Part shown: one piece after another, positions 47,016-55,938 of the stretch
How positions within the stretch are numbered: position 1 is the stretch's first letter
Layout of the letters: each line of letters begins with the position of its first letter
From: an uncultured Candidatus Saccharibacteria bacterium
GTDB taxonomy: Bacteria > Patescibacteriota > Doudnabacteria > UBA920
Assembly (NCBI GenBank): GCA_964512925.1
Contig: CAZEKH010000003.1
Coordinates: forward strand, 16,772-80,771
Direction of reading: 5' to 3'
Length of the DNA: 64,000 nt
The notes under the pieces: generated by a model
The model's input: the letters and a program-made list of their open reading frames with translations, nothing else
The model's database searches: none
Told to the model about the DNA's origin: nothing
Program-made: the position numbers and the translations under genes

Positions 47016-48104
47016 TTAGACTGCTTGAAAAGTATAGGAATTTTTCCCTACTTTTTTAAACAAAGCTTTATTGGACAATCCGACCAAGATTGTATTTTTC
47101 TTGACCATTCTTTTTTTCATAACTTCCGAAATAATTTGGTCTTTTTCCATAGGTTTTCCGGCTTTTTTTAAAACTTCAATAATTACATCCGCAACAACGC
47201 CAGGCTTAAAACCCCACTCTGAAAGAGCATATATGCCTCTGCCTATCAAAATAAATCTTGAATCTTTTATCAGTTCGTTATGCACGGTTTCTTTGTAAGC
47301 CACTCTCTCGTCAAATTTGGCTTCGTTAATCATATCCGTGATTTTAGAGTAATGTTCCGGCTGTTTGTGATATTTCATAACCAAAAAAGCTTTATCGCCC
47401 ACATCTTTTGGACGAATTTCTTTCCAGGATTTAATCCCCCAGTGCCCGTAAACATTTTTTTCTATTTCAATCGCCAAATGCAAAAAATTTAAAAGCACTT
47501 TATCCGGCAACTTTTCTTGGTGTTCCAAATAAAATTCGGTTTTTTTGAAATGTTCTAAAAATTCTTCGGATTTTAATGGTTGGTTGTTTTGGCTTAAAAT
47601 ATTTTTTCCAGTTTCAACAGCTTTATGTAAAATATTTTCATCAAACAATACCGCAACCCAGCTTTTTTTATAATTTTGATTGATAAAATACTCCAATTCC
47701 TCAACAAGATGAAGTAAAAAAATAATTGAATTTTTTTCAACCTCATCTTTTAAATTCAAATGCAAAAACAGATTTTCTTCAGCGATAATTCTGCCGTGCT
47801 CGTTGATGATATTGAGCAAAAAATCTTTTGTAGCGTTGAATGAGGCTACTTTAGAGCTGTTTTTACGCAAGTTTTTTATAATATCTTTTTCTATCTGCCT
47901 TACTCTTTCGCGGGTCAGATTGTGTTGTTTTCCGATTGCTGCTAAAGTAATAATTTTGTTTCCCGCCAAGCCATACCTATTTTGCAATATTTGTTTTTCC
48001 CGATCTTTTAGCAAATCTAAAACATCCCTCACAATTTCCGAGGGCTTAAATTGTTTCAATGTTTCAGTATTTTTTGTGCTGATAATCGCGTCTAAAATTC
48101 CCAT
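47016..48104 (-). CDS. Sigma-70 region 4-like HTH domain protein with a C-terminal HARE-HTH-like domain
   Basis: 362 aa; N-terminal KDREKQILQNRYGLAGNKIITLAAIGKQHNLTRERVRQIEKDIIKNLRK resembles RpoD region 4; C-terminal ..HYSKITDMINEAKFDERVAYKETVHNELIKDSRFILIGRGIYALSEW is wHTH-like. Confidence 0.55.
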   Translation of the reverse strand: MGILDAIISTKNTETLKQFKPSEIVRDVLDLLKDREKQILQNRYGLAGNKIITLAAIGKQHNLTRERVRQIEKDIIKNLRKNSSKVASFNATKDFLLNIINEHGRIIAEENLFLHLNLKDEVEKNSIIFLLHLVEELEYFINQNYKKSWVAVLFDENILHKAVETGKNILSQNNQPLKSEEFLEHFKKTEFYLEHQEKLPDKVLLNFLHLAIEIEKNVYGHWGIKSWKEIRPKDVGDKAFLVMKYHKQPEHYSKITDMINEAKFDERVAYKETVHNELIKDSRFILIGRGIYALSEWGFKPGVVADVIIEVLKKAGKPMEKDQIISEVMKKRMVKKNTILVGLSNKALFKKVGKNSYTFQAV

Positions 48105-48186
48105 ATACTATTTAGTAAAATCAATTTCTCACAGTATAGCATAAAGATTATTTATTGTCAATTTATGGTATAATCAATAAATATTT

Positions 48187-48214
48187 AAAATCCCTCTTGT
48201 ATAAGAGGGATTTT
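48187..48214. terminator. Rho-independent terminator downstream of secF
   Basis: aaaaTCCCTCTTgtatAAGAGGGAtttt perfect hairpin. Confidence 0.6.
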
Positions 48215-48224
48215 AAAAACAATT

Positions 48225-49109
48225 TTACTTTTTCAATTTCTGAAACAAAACCAATATGGGGCTAGCTATGAATATTGAAGAGTAAGTTCCAACAATAACA
48301 CCTATAAATAAGGCTAAAACAAAGTAACGGATAGTTTCGCCTCCGAAAAGCAACAGGGATAAAAGTACAAACAGCACGGTCAAACTGGTATTTAATGACC
48401 TGACTATAGTTTGCGCAATACTATGATTAACTACCCAACTCATATTTTGACCAGCGAAAACCCTCAAATTTTCGCGAATTCGGTCAAATACAACAATGGT
48501 ATCGTGAACAGAAAATCCTAAAACAGTCAGAATGGCAGTGACAAACAAACTATCAACCTCTACCCCTTTAAAATGACCTAACAAAGAAAAAACTCCGAGT
48601 ACAAAAAGCAGATCGTGAAGAAGAGCTATGACTGCAGCCCAGCCAAACTGCCAAGAAGTAACAGGCTTAGTTACCCGTCTAAAGGCATATGCTAAATATA
48701 AAATAATACCCAATGAAACCAAACCCAGCTGATATCCAGCTTTGGTTTTTAGTTCTTTTCCAACCGTCGGGCCAATAGATTCAAATTGAATTTCAGAAAA
48801 CTGCCCGACTGATTGTCTGATGTCGGAAAAAATTTGATCAATCTGGCTTTTGTTTAAAACTTCGGTTTTAAGGATCAGGCCGTTGTTTTGGGCGGATTGC
48901 AACTGGTATGGGGTTTTCAAAGACTTTTCAATAGCGGTTTTAACCGAAGAAATATCATAGGATTTTTCTAATTTTATTTCGGTAAGGGTACCGCCTTTAA
49001 AGTCAATCCCCAATTTTAAACCAAATATGGCAAGAGAAATTATTCCAAACAGAAGTATTGTTCCTGAAATCAAAAACCAAAATTTGTAATACTTTAAAAT
49101 ATTTAACAT
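48225..49109 (-). CDS. secF: Protein translocase subunit SecF
   Basis: 294 aa, 6 TM, SecD/SecF family pattern. Confidence 0.92.
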   Translation of the reverse strand: MLNILKYYKFWFLISGTILLFGIISLAIFGLKLGIDFKGGTLTEIKLEKSYDISSVKTAIEKSLKTPYQLQSAQNNGLILKTEVLNKSQIDQIFSDIRQSVGQFSEIQFESIGPTVGKELKTKAGYQLGLVSLGIILYLAYAFRRVTKPVTSWQFGWAAVIALLHDLLFVLGVFSLLGHFKGVEVDSLFVTAILTVLGFSVHDTIVVFDRIRENLRVFAGQNMSWVVNHSIAQTIVRSLNTSLTVLFVLLSLLLFGGETIRYFVLALFIGVIVGTYSSIFIASPILVLFQKLKK

Positions 49110-49114
49110 AAAAA

Positions 49115-50590
49115 TTATTTAGAGTTTTTTAATTTTGAAACCCCGTACAGCCACGGATGCCGTAGCATATCGCTGCCTAAAAATAACCTTAAAAAAGTTC
49201 TGGTTACCGTTATAGCTGTAAACATTGAAATCAAGATACCGATGGCTAAGGTTATGGAAAATCCTTTAATGCTAGGACTGCCGAAATAATACAATATGGC
49301 GGTTGTTATCAAGCTTGAAACGTTACTGTCACGGATAGACAGCCAAGCTCTTTGGAATCCGTCGTCCAAGGATTTTTCAATATTTTTTCCAGCACGGATT
49401 TCTTCTTTTACCCTTTCAAAAATCAATATATTGGCATCAACAGCCATACCTATTGAAAGAATGAACCCGGCTATGCCAGCCAAAGTTAAAGTTACGGGGG
49501 ACAACGCTCCTACTAGCATTAAAAGTATATAACTGACTAAAGACATCAGTCCAAACCACGGATTTACTGTTAAACCCAAAAGGAAAAATGCTCCGACTAA
49601 TGCAACAGCTGTAAAAGAAATGCCGATTTTAAAGACAGCAATTGAAATAAGAGCATAGATAAGGAGGGCTGCCACGGCTAAAAGTCCAGGCAAACGGTAG
49701 TAACTAACCATAAATATGGCGATTAAAATAAGTCCAATAAGTCCGGCTAAAAGCGATTTTTGAATGGATTCTTTTCCCAAAGTTGCCCCGACATTTTGTT
49801 GGGAAAGAAGGTTAATCGGAACCGGTAACGCTCCGCTGTTTAGTCTCGTTGCCATAAGTTTGGCCTGATCAACAGTGAAATTTCCTGACACGATTGCCAC
49901 CCCATCAGTTATTGCAGTTTGTACGGTAGGGGCGCTAACCATCTGTCCGTCTAAAAAAATTGCTACCTGCTTGCCCACATTTGCCTGAGTTATTTCAGCA
50001 AATAAATTTTTTCCGTCTTCGTTAAATTCCAGCCTGACTACAGGCTCGCCCATTCCAACACCGCTGTTAAAATCCACCGAGGCTTTTTTTAACTGGGTAC
50101 CTGAAAGTCCTGTTACTTGCCAGGCCTCGTTTGCGTCTATGGTTACATTGCCATTTTTGTCTGGAACGGCTTGCTGTAATGCCTGGCTTTCGGTTTTAAA
50201 TTCTAAACGCGGTGTTTGCCCGATTTGCTCAATTGCTTCGTCAATATTTTTAATTCCGGGAAGCTCTATTACTATCCTGTCTTGACCAGAAACCGCCACC
50301 TGCGGTTCGGCCACTCCAAAGCTATTAACCCGCCTTTCAATCACGTCACGAATGGCATTTAGAGCATCTGCCCGATCTTCCGGTTTAATGTCTTTAAAAT
50401 CAGCCTGATAAACCAAATGCGATCCGCCTTGCAAGTCTAAGCCAAGTTTAATGCTGAATTCTTTAACATAATTGATTTTCAGCTTTTTTAAGCTGATTTT
50501 TGAACCTTTTGGGTAAACTATCCAAGCCGCGGACATAGCCAATACCAGGATGGCTAGAAAAGAAAGCAGGAGTTTATTTTTTGATGTCAT
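49115..50590 (-). CDS. secD: Protein translocase subunit SecD
   Basis: 491 aa; N-terminal TM, large periplasmic domain, C-terminal 5 TM; adjacent to secF. Confidence 0.92.
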   Translation of the reverse strand: MTSKNKLLLSFLAILVLAMSAAWIVYPKGSKISLKKLKINYVKEFSIKLGLDLQGGSHLVYQADFKDIKPEDRADALNAIRDVIERRVNSFGVAEPQVAVSGQDRIVIELPGIKNIDEAIEQIGQTPRLEFKTESQALQQAVPDKNGNVTIDANEAWQVTGLSGTQLKKASVDFNSGVGMGEPVVRLEFNEDGKNLFAEITQANVGKQVAIFLDGQMVSAPTVQTAITDGVAIVSGNFTVDQAKLMATRLNSGALPVPINLLSQQNVGATLGKESIQKSLLAGLIGLILIAIFMVSYYRLPGLLAVAALLIYALISIAVFKIGISFTAVALVGAFFLLGLTVNPWFGLMSLVSYILLMLVGALSPVTLTLAGIAGFILSIGMAVDANILIFERVKEEIRAGKNIEKSLDDGFQRAWLSIRDSNVSSLITTAILYYFGSPSIKGFSITLAIGILISMFTAITVTRTFLRLFLGSDMLRHPWLYGVSKLKNSK

Positions 50591-50682
50591 GAGTTTATTG
50601 AAAGATTACTTAAATTTTGGTTAAATAAAAAAATTGAGAAGGTCAAAATCCTAACAATTATACTTCAAGTATAAAATATTGT

Positions 50683-53229
50683 CTAATCCCGCATATTCAT
50701 ACCAAACCAACTCTGAAGGTTTTTCGATTCTGCCGTTTTCCAGACAGAGTTTGAGCGGATTTTTTCTAAAACTTGGCTTAAAGTTCTTTGTGCGGCTTTG
50801 ATAGGATGTTTTTTAAAAAACTTTTCAATCTCCTCAGCCTTGTCCTCGGCAGCGAAACTTGAGCTGGCTGACAGCATTCTGGCAACCAAACCTAAACCAG
50901 CGTCATAGCGTCGGGTAAAAAAACCGTAGTTTTTGACAAAAAAATTCCAGGCTAAATCCCGTCCAAACGGTTTTTGAAAAATCCATGCCACAATAAAAAT
51001 GCTATCTTGCGGCTTTACATCTTTGGATATTGCGAAACGCAAAGTTTGCTTAACAAGCTTGGGGTCGGCGAAATTTGCCAGGGCCCTTGCAATCCTTTCT
51101 TTTTCTTCAGCCATTGGCTCCGATATGTACAAAGAGATAAATTTTTTATATAATTTTACATTTCCATATCTGGTGGCAATATTATAAACTGCTGACCTCA
51201 CATCAATAGAAATTTTGTGTTTTTGATCCACGAGCTTTTTCGCGATTTTTATAGTTTCACTGTGGCCTGCATTGCCTAGCATTTGCAAAACCAATCCCCT
51301 GAGCATTTTTTGGCTTTCAGGTTCCTTGGTTTTTTCTTTAAAGCCTAATTTTTTTGCTATAGGTAAATATAAATCAACAATAAACTTATTTAGCTCCGTT
51401 ATAAATTTTTCGCCATAAAAAATAGACCCTAGTTTAGAAAGACTTCCGGAAATTTCTTCCCAAACCGCCAGCTCAGTTTCTTGCCTGTATGCCTGAACAA
51501 AATTTAAAAACTGAACTGTTGGCAGCTGTCCGCTTTCAGCAAAGGCAAAAGCATCTCGGATCAGACCCAAGCGGTCTTCAGGGGGAATTTTTTTTGTTTT
51601 AACCAATGGTATAAACAAGCTTAACATCTGAGCTGGATAATCCGTTCTAAAAAGGGAGGTTTCCCCTGGGTTAAACTTTTTAATACCTTTGGATTTTGGA
51701 ATAAAAATTTCTTTGGTACTAAACAAATATTTTTTGCCGTTAAAATTTACCGGAATGCTCCAAGCCTGTTTTGACTTCAGATTTTTTCTACTAAGCCTGC
51801 TGGAAAAAAATCTCGCCTGAACTAGTTTTAAGCCTTTTGGTTTTTCTACTACTTGAACATACGGATAACCCGGCAGTTTGGTCCAAGAATCCATTATTTT
51901 TCGGATCGGTTTTTTGGATACTTTTTCTAAAGACTCCCACAAATCTTCGGTAATTGTATTTTTATAAGAATGTTTTTTCAAATAATGCCTTAGCCCATCC
52001 CTGAAATTTTTTGCCCCTACATATTCTGCTATCATCCTAATAACAACAGAGCCTTTGGCATAAGATATGGAATCAAAAATTTCACTTATCTCGTGCGGAT
52101 GATTGACTGGGACTTCTATCGGATGTGTGGTATTTAAAGCGTCTAAATTTAAAGCCAAAGCAAAACGGCCGGAAACATACTGAGTCCAGATTTTCCACTC
52201 AGGAAACATATGATTAACGCACAAATACTCCATATATGAAGCAAAACCTTCGTTCAGCCAAAGATGCGTCCACCATTTCATAGTAACTAGGTTTCCAAAC
52301 CACTGGTGAGCCAACTCGTGAGCCACAACAATAGCCACCCATTGTTTAGTGTCCGCGGAAGAGTTTTCTTTATCAACCAACAAAGCGGTTTCCCTGTATG
52401 TGACAGCGCCCCAGTTTTCCATAGCCGCAGAAGCAAAGTCTGGCAGAGCAATCAGGTCTAAGACCGGCAACGGATAGTGAATGTCAAAATAGTTTTCATA
52501 AAATTCCAGAGCTTTAATGGCGCAGTGTAAGGCAAATTTACCCTGGTCCTTTTTCCCAGGGGTGGTAAAAATCCTAACTACTATCCCCCTCTTGGTCTGG
52601 GCTTGTATAAACTCAAAATTTCCAACTATAAAGGCTGCCAAATATGTTGACATCTTTGGGGTTTGAGCGAACTTTATAAGCTTATATCCGGCTCCGTGTT
52701 CAGGCACTTCTGAAATTTGTTCTTCAATGGTATTGGAAATTGCCACGCTGCCCGGCGGAGTGATAATGGAAATATCAAAAACCGCTTTAGCCTCAGGTTC
52801 GTCAAAGCATGGGAAAGCCCTTCTAGCGTCCGTTGCTTCAAACTGGGTGGTTGCTAAAAATTTTTCTTTGCCGTTGTGCTTATAACTGCTTCTGTAAAAC
52901 CCCCTCATCTGGTCATTGAGTATTCCTTTAAATTTTAAACTTAACTCAGCCTTGCCTTTAGGCAGTTTCTTTTTAAAAATAAAGGTTATTGTTTCTGATT
53001 TTATATTGGGTATTTGTTTAGAAATTCGAAATTCGAAATTCGAAATTTTAATTTTTACGTTAGAAATATCCAATTCTTTTGCATGAAGAGTAATCTGTGT
53101 AGTAGATTTTTTTAGTTCTAAGAAAATGGTTTCTTCGCCTTCAAAAACAAACTTTTCCAAATCCGGCTTAACCAAAATTTGGTATCTTTCAGGCACTATA
53201 TATTTTGGCAATAAAACTTTATTTTTCAT
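50683..53229 (-). CDS. pepN: Aminopeptidase N (M1 family)
   Basis: 848 aa; GAMEN (AAMENWGA), HELAHQWFGN...E zinc motif, ERAP1-like C-terminal domain. Confidence 0.92.
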   Translation of the reverse strand: MKNKVLLPKYIVPERYQILVKPDLEKFVFEGEETIFLELKKSTTQITLHAKELDISNVKIKISNFEFRISKQIPNIKSETITFIFKKKLPKGKAELSLKFKGILNDQMRGFYRSSYKHNGKEKFLATTQFEATDARRAFPCFDEPEAKAVFDISIITPPGSVAISNTIEEQISEVPEHGAGYKLIKFAQTPKMSTYLAAFIVGNFEFIQAQTKRGIVVRIFTTPGKKDQGKFALHCAIKALEFYENYFDIHYPLPVLDLIALPDFASAAMENWGAVTYRETALLVDKENSSADTKQWVAIVVAHELAHQWFGNLVTMKWWTHLWLNEGFASYMEYLCVNHMFPEWKIWTQYVSGRFALALNLDALNTTHPIEVPVNHPHEISEIFDSISYAKGSVVIRMIAEYVGAKNFRDGLRHYLKKHSYKNTITEDLWESLEKVSKKPIRKIMDSWTKLPGYPYVQVVEKPKGLKLVQARFFSSRLSRKNLKSKQAWSIPVNFNGKKYLFSTKEIFIPKSKGIKKFNPGETSLFRTDYPAQMLSLFIPLVKTKKIPPEDRLGLIRDAFAFAESGQLPTVQFLNFVQAYRQETELAVWEEISGSLSKLGSIFYGEKFITELNKFIVDLYLPIAKKLGFKEKTKEPESQKMLRGLVLQMLGNAGHSETIKIAKKLVDQKHKISIDVRSAVYNIATRYGNVKLYKKFISLYISEPMAEEKERIARALANFADPKLVKQTLRFAISKDVKPQDSIFIVAWIFQKPFGRDLAWNFFVKNYGFFTRRYDAGLGLVARMLSASSSFAAEDKAEEIEKFFKKHPIKAAQRTLSQVLEKIRSNSVWKTAESKNLQSWFGMNMRD
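53020..53046. repeat. (GAAATTC) x3.8 heptanucleotide tandem repeat inside pepN
   Basis: gaaattcgaaattcgaaattcgaaatt read directly; encodes ..NFEFRISNFE.. Confidence 0.7.
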
Positions 53230-54209
53230 GAAACTGCTCTTTTAAGTTTATCAAGTATCGTACTGCCAAACCCTCCAGCTGGGGGTTTTGGCGCTATTAT
53301 TATATCAAGCTTTTTTGTGTCTAAGTAACGCAAGCCTTTGTATAAATTTTTTGCCAGCTGTTTTGTATTGTTAAAGTCTCCCCAATTAAAGACTTCCGCT
53401 GATTTTGGATATAAAGTCTGCCAATTTTTTGGTAACATAATGCCAATTTTCTTTTTTTTATTCTTGTTTATTTTTTTCTGCAAATCCTTGGGTGTGCCCT
53501 CGCAGGTTACAAGCTTGGTTTTGGGAGAATAATGTTTTTTGAAAGCTCCGGGCGAAGCTTTTTTTGAAGCATTTTTCGTAAGCAATACTTTTCCTAAAAG
53601 TTTTTCTAGCTGTTCTTGTGTTACGCCACCCTGCCTAAGAATAGTTGGCGTTTTGGTTGTTAAATCCAAAACAGTGGATTCAACACCCACAGCTGAGTCG
53701 CCGCCATCCAGTATCAGCTCAATTCTGCCGTTTAAATCCTCTAAAACGTGATTGGCTGAGGTTGGACTGGGTCTGGAAAAAAGGTTGGCACTAGGGGCGG
53801 CAATAGGAGTTTTTGAGGCTTTTATCAGATCTAAGGCAATCTTGTTGCTTGGCATTCGTATAACCACAGTATCAAGTCCGGCAGTTACCACTTTCGGAAT
53901 TTTTGCAGATTTATATAATCTCAATGACAAAGGTCCTGGCCAAAATTTTTCAATAAGTTTATAAGCAACATTGGGAACATTTTTTGTTAGCATTTCCAAA
54001 TCTTTTTTGTCGGCAATATGCACTAAAATAGGATCCCAAAACGGCCTCTTTTTTACCAGAAATATTTTCTTTACCGCTCTTGGGTTTAAAGCGTCTGCGC
54101 CTAAACCATAAACTGTTTCAGTGGGAAATGCTACAAGACCGCCGGCTTGTATGATGCCGGCGGCTTTGTGAATAGACTCTTTTGAAGCTTTTAGAACTTT
54201 AGTTTGCAT
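53226..54209 (-). CDS. tsaC: L-threonylcarbamoyladenylate synthase (TsaC/Sua5, long form with Sua5 C-terminal domain)
   Basis: 327 aa; YrdC core GGLVAFPTETVYGLGADA, then Sua5 domain. Confidence 0.88.
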   Translation of the reverse strand: MQTKVLKASKESIHKAAGIIQAGGLVAFPTETVYGLGADALNPRAVKKIFLVKKRPFWDPILVHIADKKDLEMLTKNVPNVAYKLIEKFWPGPLSLRLYKSAKIPKVVTAGLDTVVIRMPSNKIALDLIKASKTPIAAPSANLFSRPSPTSANHVLEDLNGRIELILDGGDSAVGVESTVLDLTTKTPTILRQGGVTQEQLEKLLGKVLLTKNASKKASPGAFKKHYSPKTKLVTCEGTPKDLQKKINKNKKKKIGIMLPKNWQTLYPKSAEVFNWGDFNNTKQLAKNLYKGLRYLDTKKLDIIIAPKPPAGGFGSTILDKLKRAVS

Positions 54210-54489
54210 TCTCTTGTATGGTTTCAGCTTTTTCCGTTTCCTCTGGCTTTTTTGCTGCTTCCAGCTTTTTTATCTCTTCATTGATCTTTTCTCCAAACTC
54301 TTTGGAGGCATCTTCGTCAACTAAAGCCTTAGCCAAGTCTTCGGCCTTAAGGTTCATCAGCCTGCCTAAAGCCAAAAACTGCCCAGCCAAAGAATATAGC
54401 CTTCTTTCCAAAAGCTGTTGGTTCATCATTATGTCATACATCATTTTCTCGGTTTTAGTCGGCTCTTTTTTCAAAAAATCTTTTCCCAT
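54199..54489 (-). CDS. Hypothetical coiled-coil protein
   Basis: 96 aa, charged/helical; 11-nt overlap with tsaC start. Confidence 0.35.
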   Translation of the reverse strand: MGKDFLKKEPTKTEKMMYDIMMNQQLLERRLYSLAGQFLALGRLMNLKAEDLAKALVDEDASKEFGEKINEEIKKLEAAKKPEETEKAETIQENAN

Positions 54490-54552
54490 ATTTTTCCTTT
54501 TTCAATACTTGCATACTTGTAGGTATTTCGGTATTGCGTAAATAATTTTTAG

Positions 54553-54789
54553 TTATGCTATATATTTAAATCTCGGACCTATATAACCGTTTTTATCCAT
54601 CTCTTCTAAAAACATTGGAAGCGGACGGACCCAAAGTTTTCCCTCGTGATCATAAACTACAAACTCTTCTGTCGGATTTTCCGTGTGCCTGGCAACACCC
54701 AAAACTTTTACGCTGTGACCTTTAAAGTGCATATAACTCCCAAGCTTTAGGTTTTGCGCTTTTTCAGATAGCGGATCATTGTTATTCAT
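54553..54789 (-). CDS. DUF1653 domain protein
   Basis: 78 aa; YMHFKGHSVKVLGVARHTE..FVVYDHEGKLWVRPLPMFLE..GYIGPRFKY pattern. Confidence 0.6.
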   Translation of the reverse strand: MNNNDPLSEKAQNLKLGSYMHFKGHSVKVLGVARHTENPTEEFVVYDHEGKLWVRPLPMFLEEMDKNGYIGPRFKYIA

Positions 54790-55201
54790 AATACTTCTCC
54801 CCGGTTTTTATGGATTCTAAAGCTAATATTACTGGAAAAAAGAGTTCGCCTGGAAGATTGTTTAAGTCATACCAGCCCAAGCCTTCCTTTTTGTCCGGCT
54901 CAGCATTTTTCAACTCGCCTGAAATAATATCACCTGTAAAAACAGTATCCAAATAACATTGCTGATCATAAAGTTTAAAAGCGGAGTATAAAAATTTGAG
55001 GTTTCCGGCTTCAATTCCTAACTCTTCCCTTGCTTCCCTGATAGCTGCTTGTTTAGGAGTTTCACCTATCTCAATATGTCCTCCGCAAGAACCCCAAGTA
55101 TTTTTGCCCAGCTCGCTCTTTCTTTTTGCCAGCAAAATTTTATTGTCTTTGATGAAAATTATACCGGTTGATAATTTTGGCAATTGCAGATTGTTTTGCA
55201 T
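54782..55201 (-). CDS. NUDIX hydrolase
   Basis: 139 aa; Nudix box GGHIEIGETPKQAAIREAREELGIE. Confidence 0.85.
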   Translation of the reverse strand: MQNNLQLPKLSTGIIFIKDNKILLAKRKSELGKNTWGSCGGHIEIGETPKQAAIREAREELGIEAGNLKFLYSAFKLYDQQCYLDTVFTGDIISGELKNAEPDKKEGLGWYDLNNLPGELFFPVILALESIKTGEKYYE

Positions 55202-55227
55202 AAGATGATTCTAAACTGAAATAAAAC

Positions 55228-55938
55228 CTAGTCTTTTATTAAATCTTTACTATATCCCACAGCGACCAATTTTTCATAAGCTTCCGATACATCGGTCGGA
55301 ATAGTTTGACCTATTTGAAAACCTTTTTCAGGATATAATTTGATTCGCTGCAGATCCCCAACCATTGCATTTATGGTGGTTTCAATCGTTATTTGGCCGT
55401 TACAATAATCTTCAAAAGGAATTTGCGGGGAAGTTACAATACATTCTATTTGTGGCCAAATTTTTTTAAAAGTAGCATAAGTCCGTCTCTCCATATACGG
55501 CTTTTGCACTACAATCACTTTTTTTAAATTTATCCCATTCTTTTCCAACAGCTCTTTTGTGAATAAAATATTTTCTCCGGTGTTTGTTGATTTATTTTCA
55601 ACAATAATCTTGTTTTCTGGCACGCCCATTTTAATTGCGATATCAGCAAACATTTCCGCTTCCGATTTTGGCCAAATTCCCAAAGTTAATCTGCCAAAAC
55701 CGCCAGAAAAAACTAAAAGTGGGGCAAAACCTGCTAAAAACAACTCCGCACCCCGCTCAGCCACCCTGGTATCATTGCTTCCCAACACAATTATGCAATC
55801 AGCAGGTAAAAGCTTGTGATTTAAATGATGATAATCCCAAACTTTCTTTGCCCATCTTTTTATTTCAATCAAATGAGCTAAATTATTTTCCATGGCACTT
55901 CTTATATTTTTTCCCGCTGCCACACGGGCAGGGATCAT
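55228..55938 (-). CDS. DUF218/YdcF (SanA/ElyC-family) protein
   Basis: 236 aa; CIIVLGSND..LLVFSGGFG..GENILFTKELL pattern; N-terminus overlaps the secA 3' end, true start probably an internal Met. Confidence 0.72.
   Translation of the reverse strand: MIPARVAAGKNIRSAMENNLAHLIEIKRWAKKVWDYHHLNHKLLPADCIIVLGSNDTRVAERGAELFLAGFAPLLVFSGGFGRLTLGIWPKSEAEMFADIAIKMGVPENKIIVENKSTNTGENILFTKELLEKNGINLKKVIVVQKPYMERRTYATFKKIWPQIECIVTSPQIPFEDYCNGQITIETTINAMVGDLQRIKLYPEKGFQIGQTIPTDVSEAYEKLVAVGYSKDLIKD

Noticed and set aside
48130-48160. ttgtcaatttatggtataat read as a TTGTCA/TATAAT promoter
   Set aside because: The spacer is only 8 bp on the plus strand, and the minus-strand equivalent is poor; not called.
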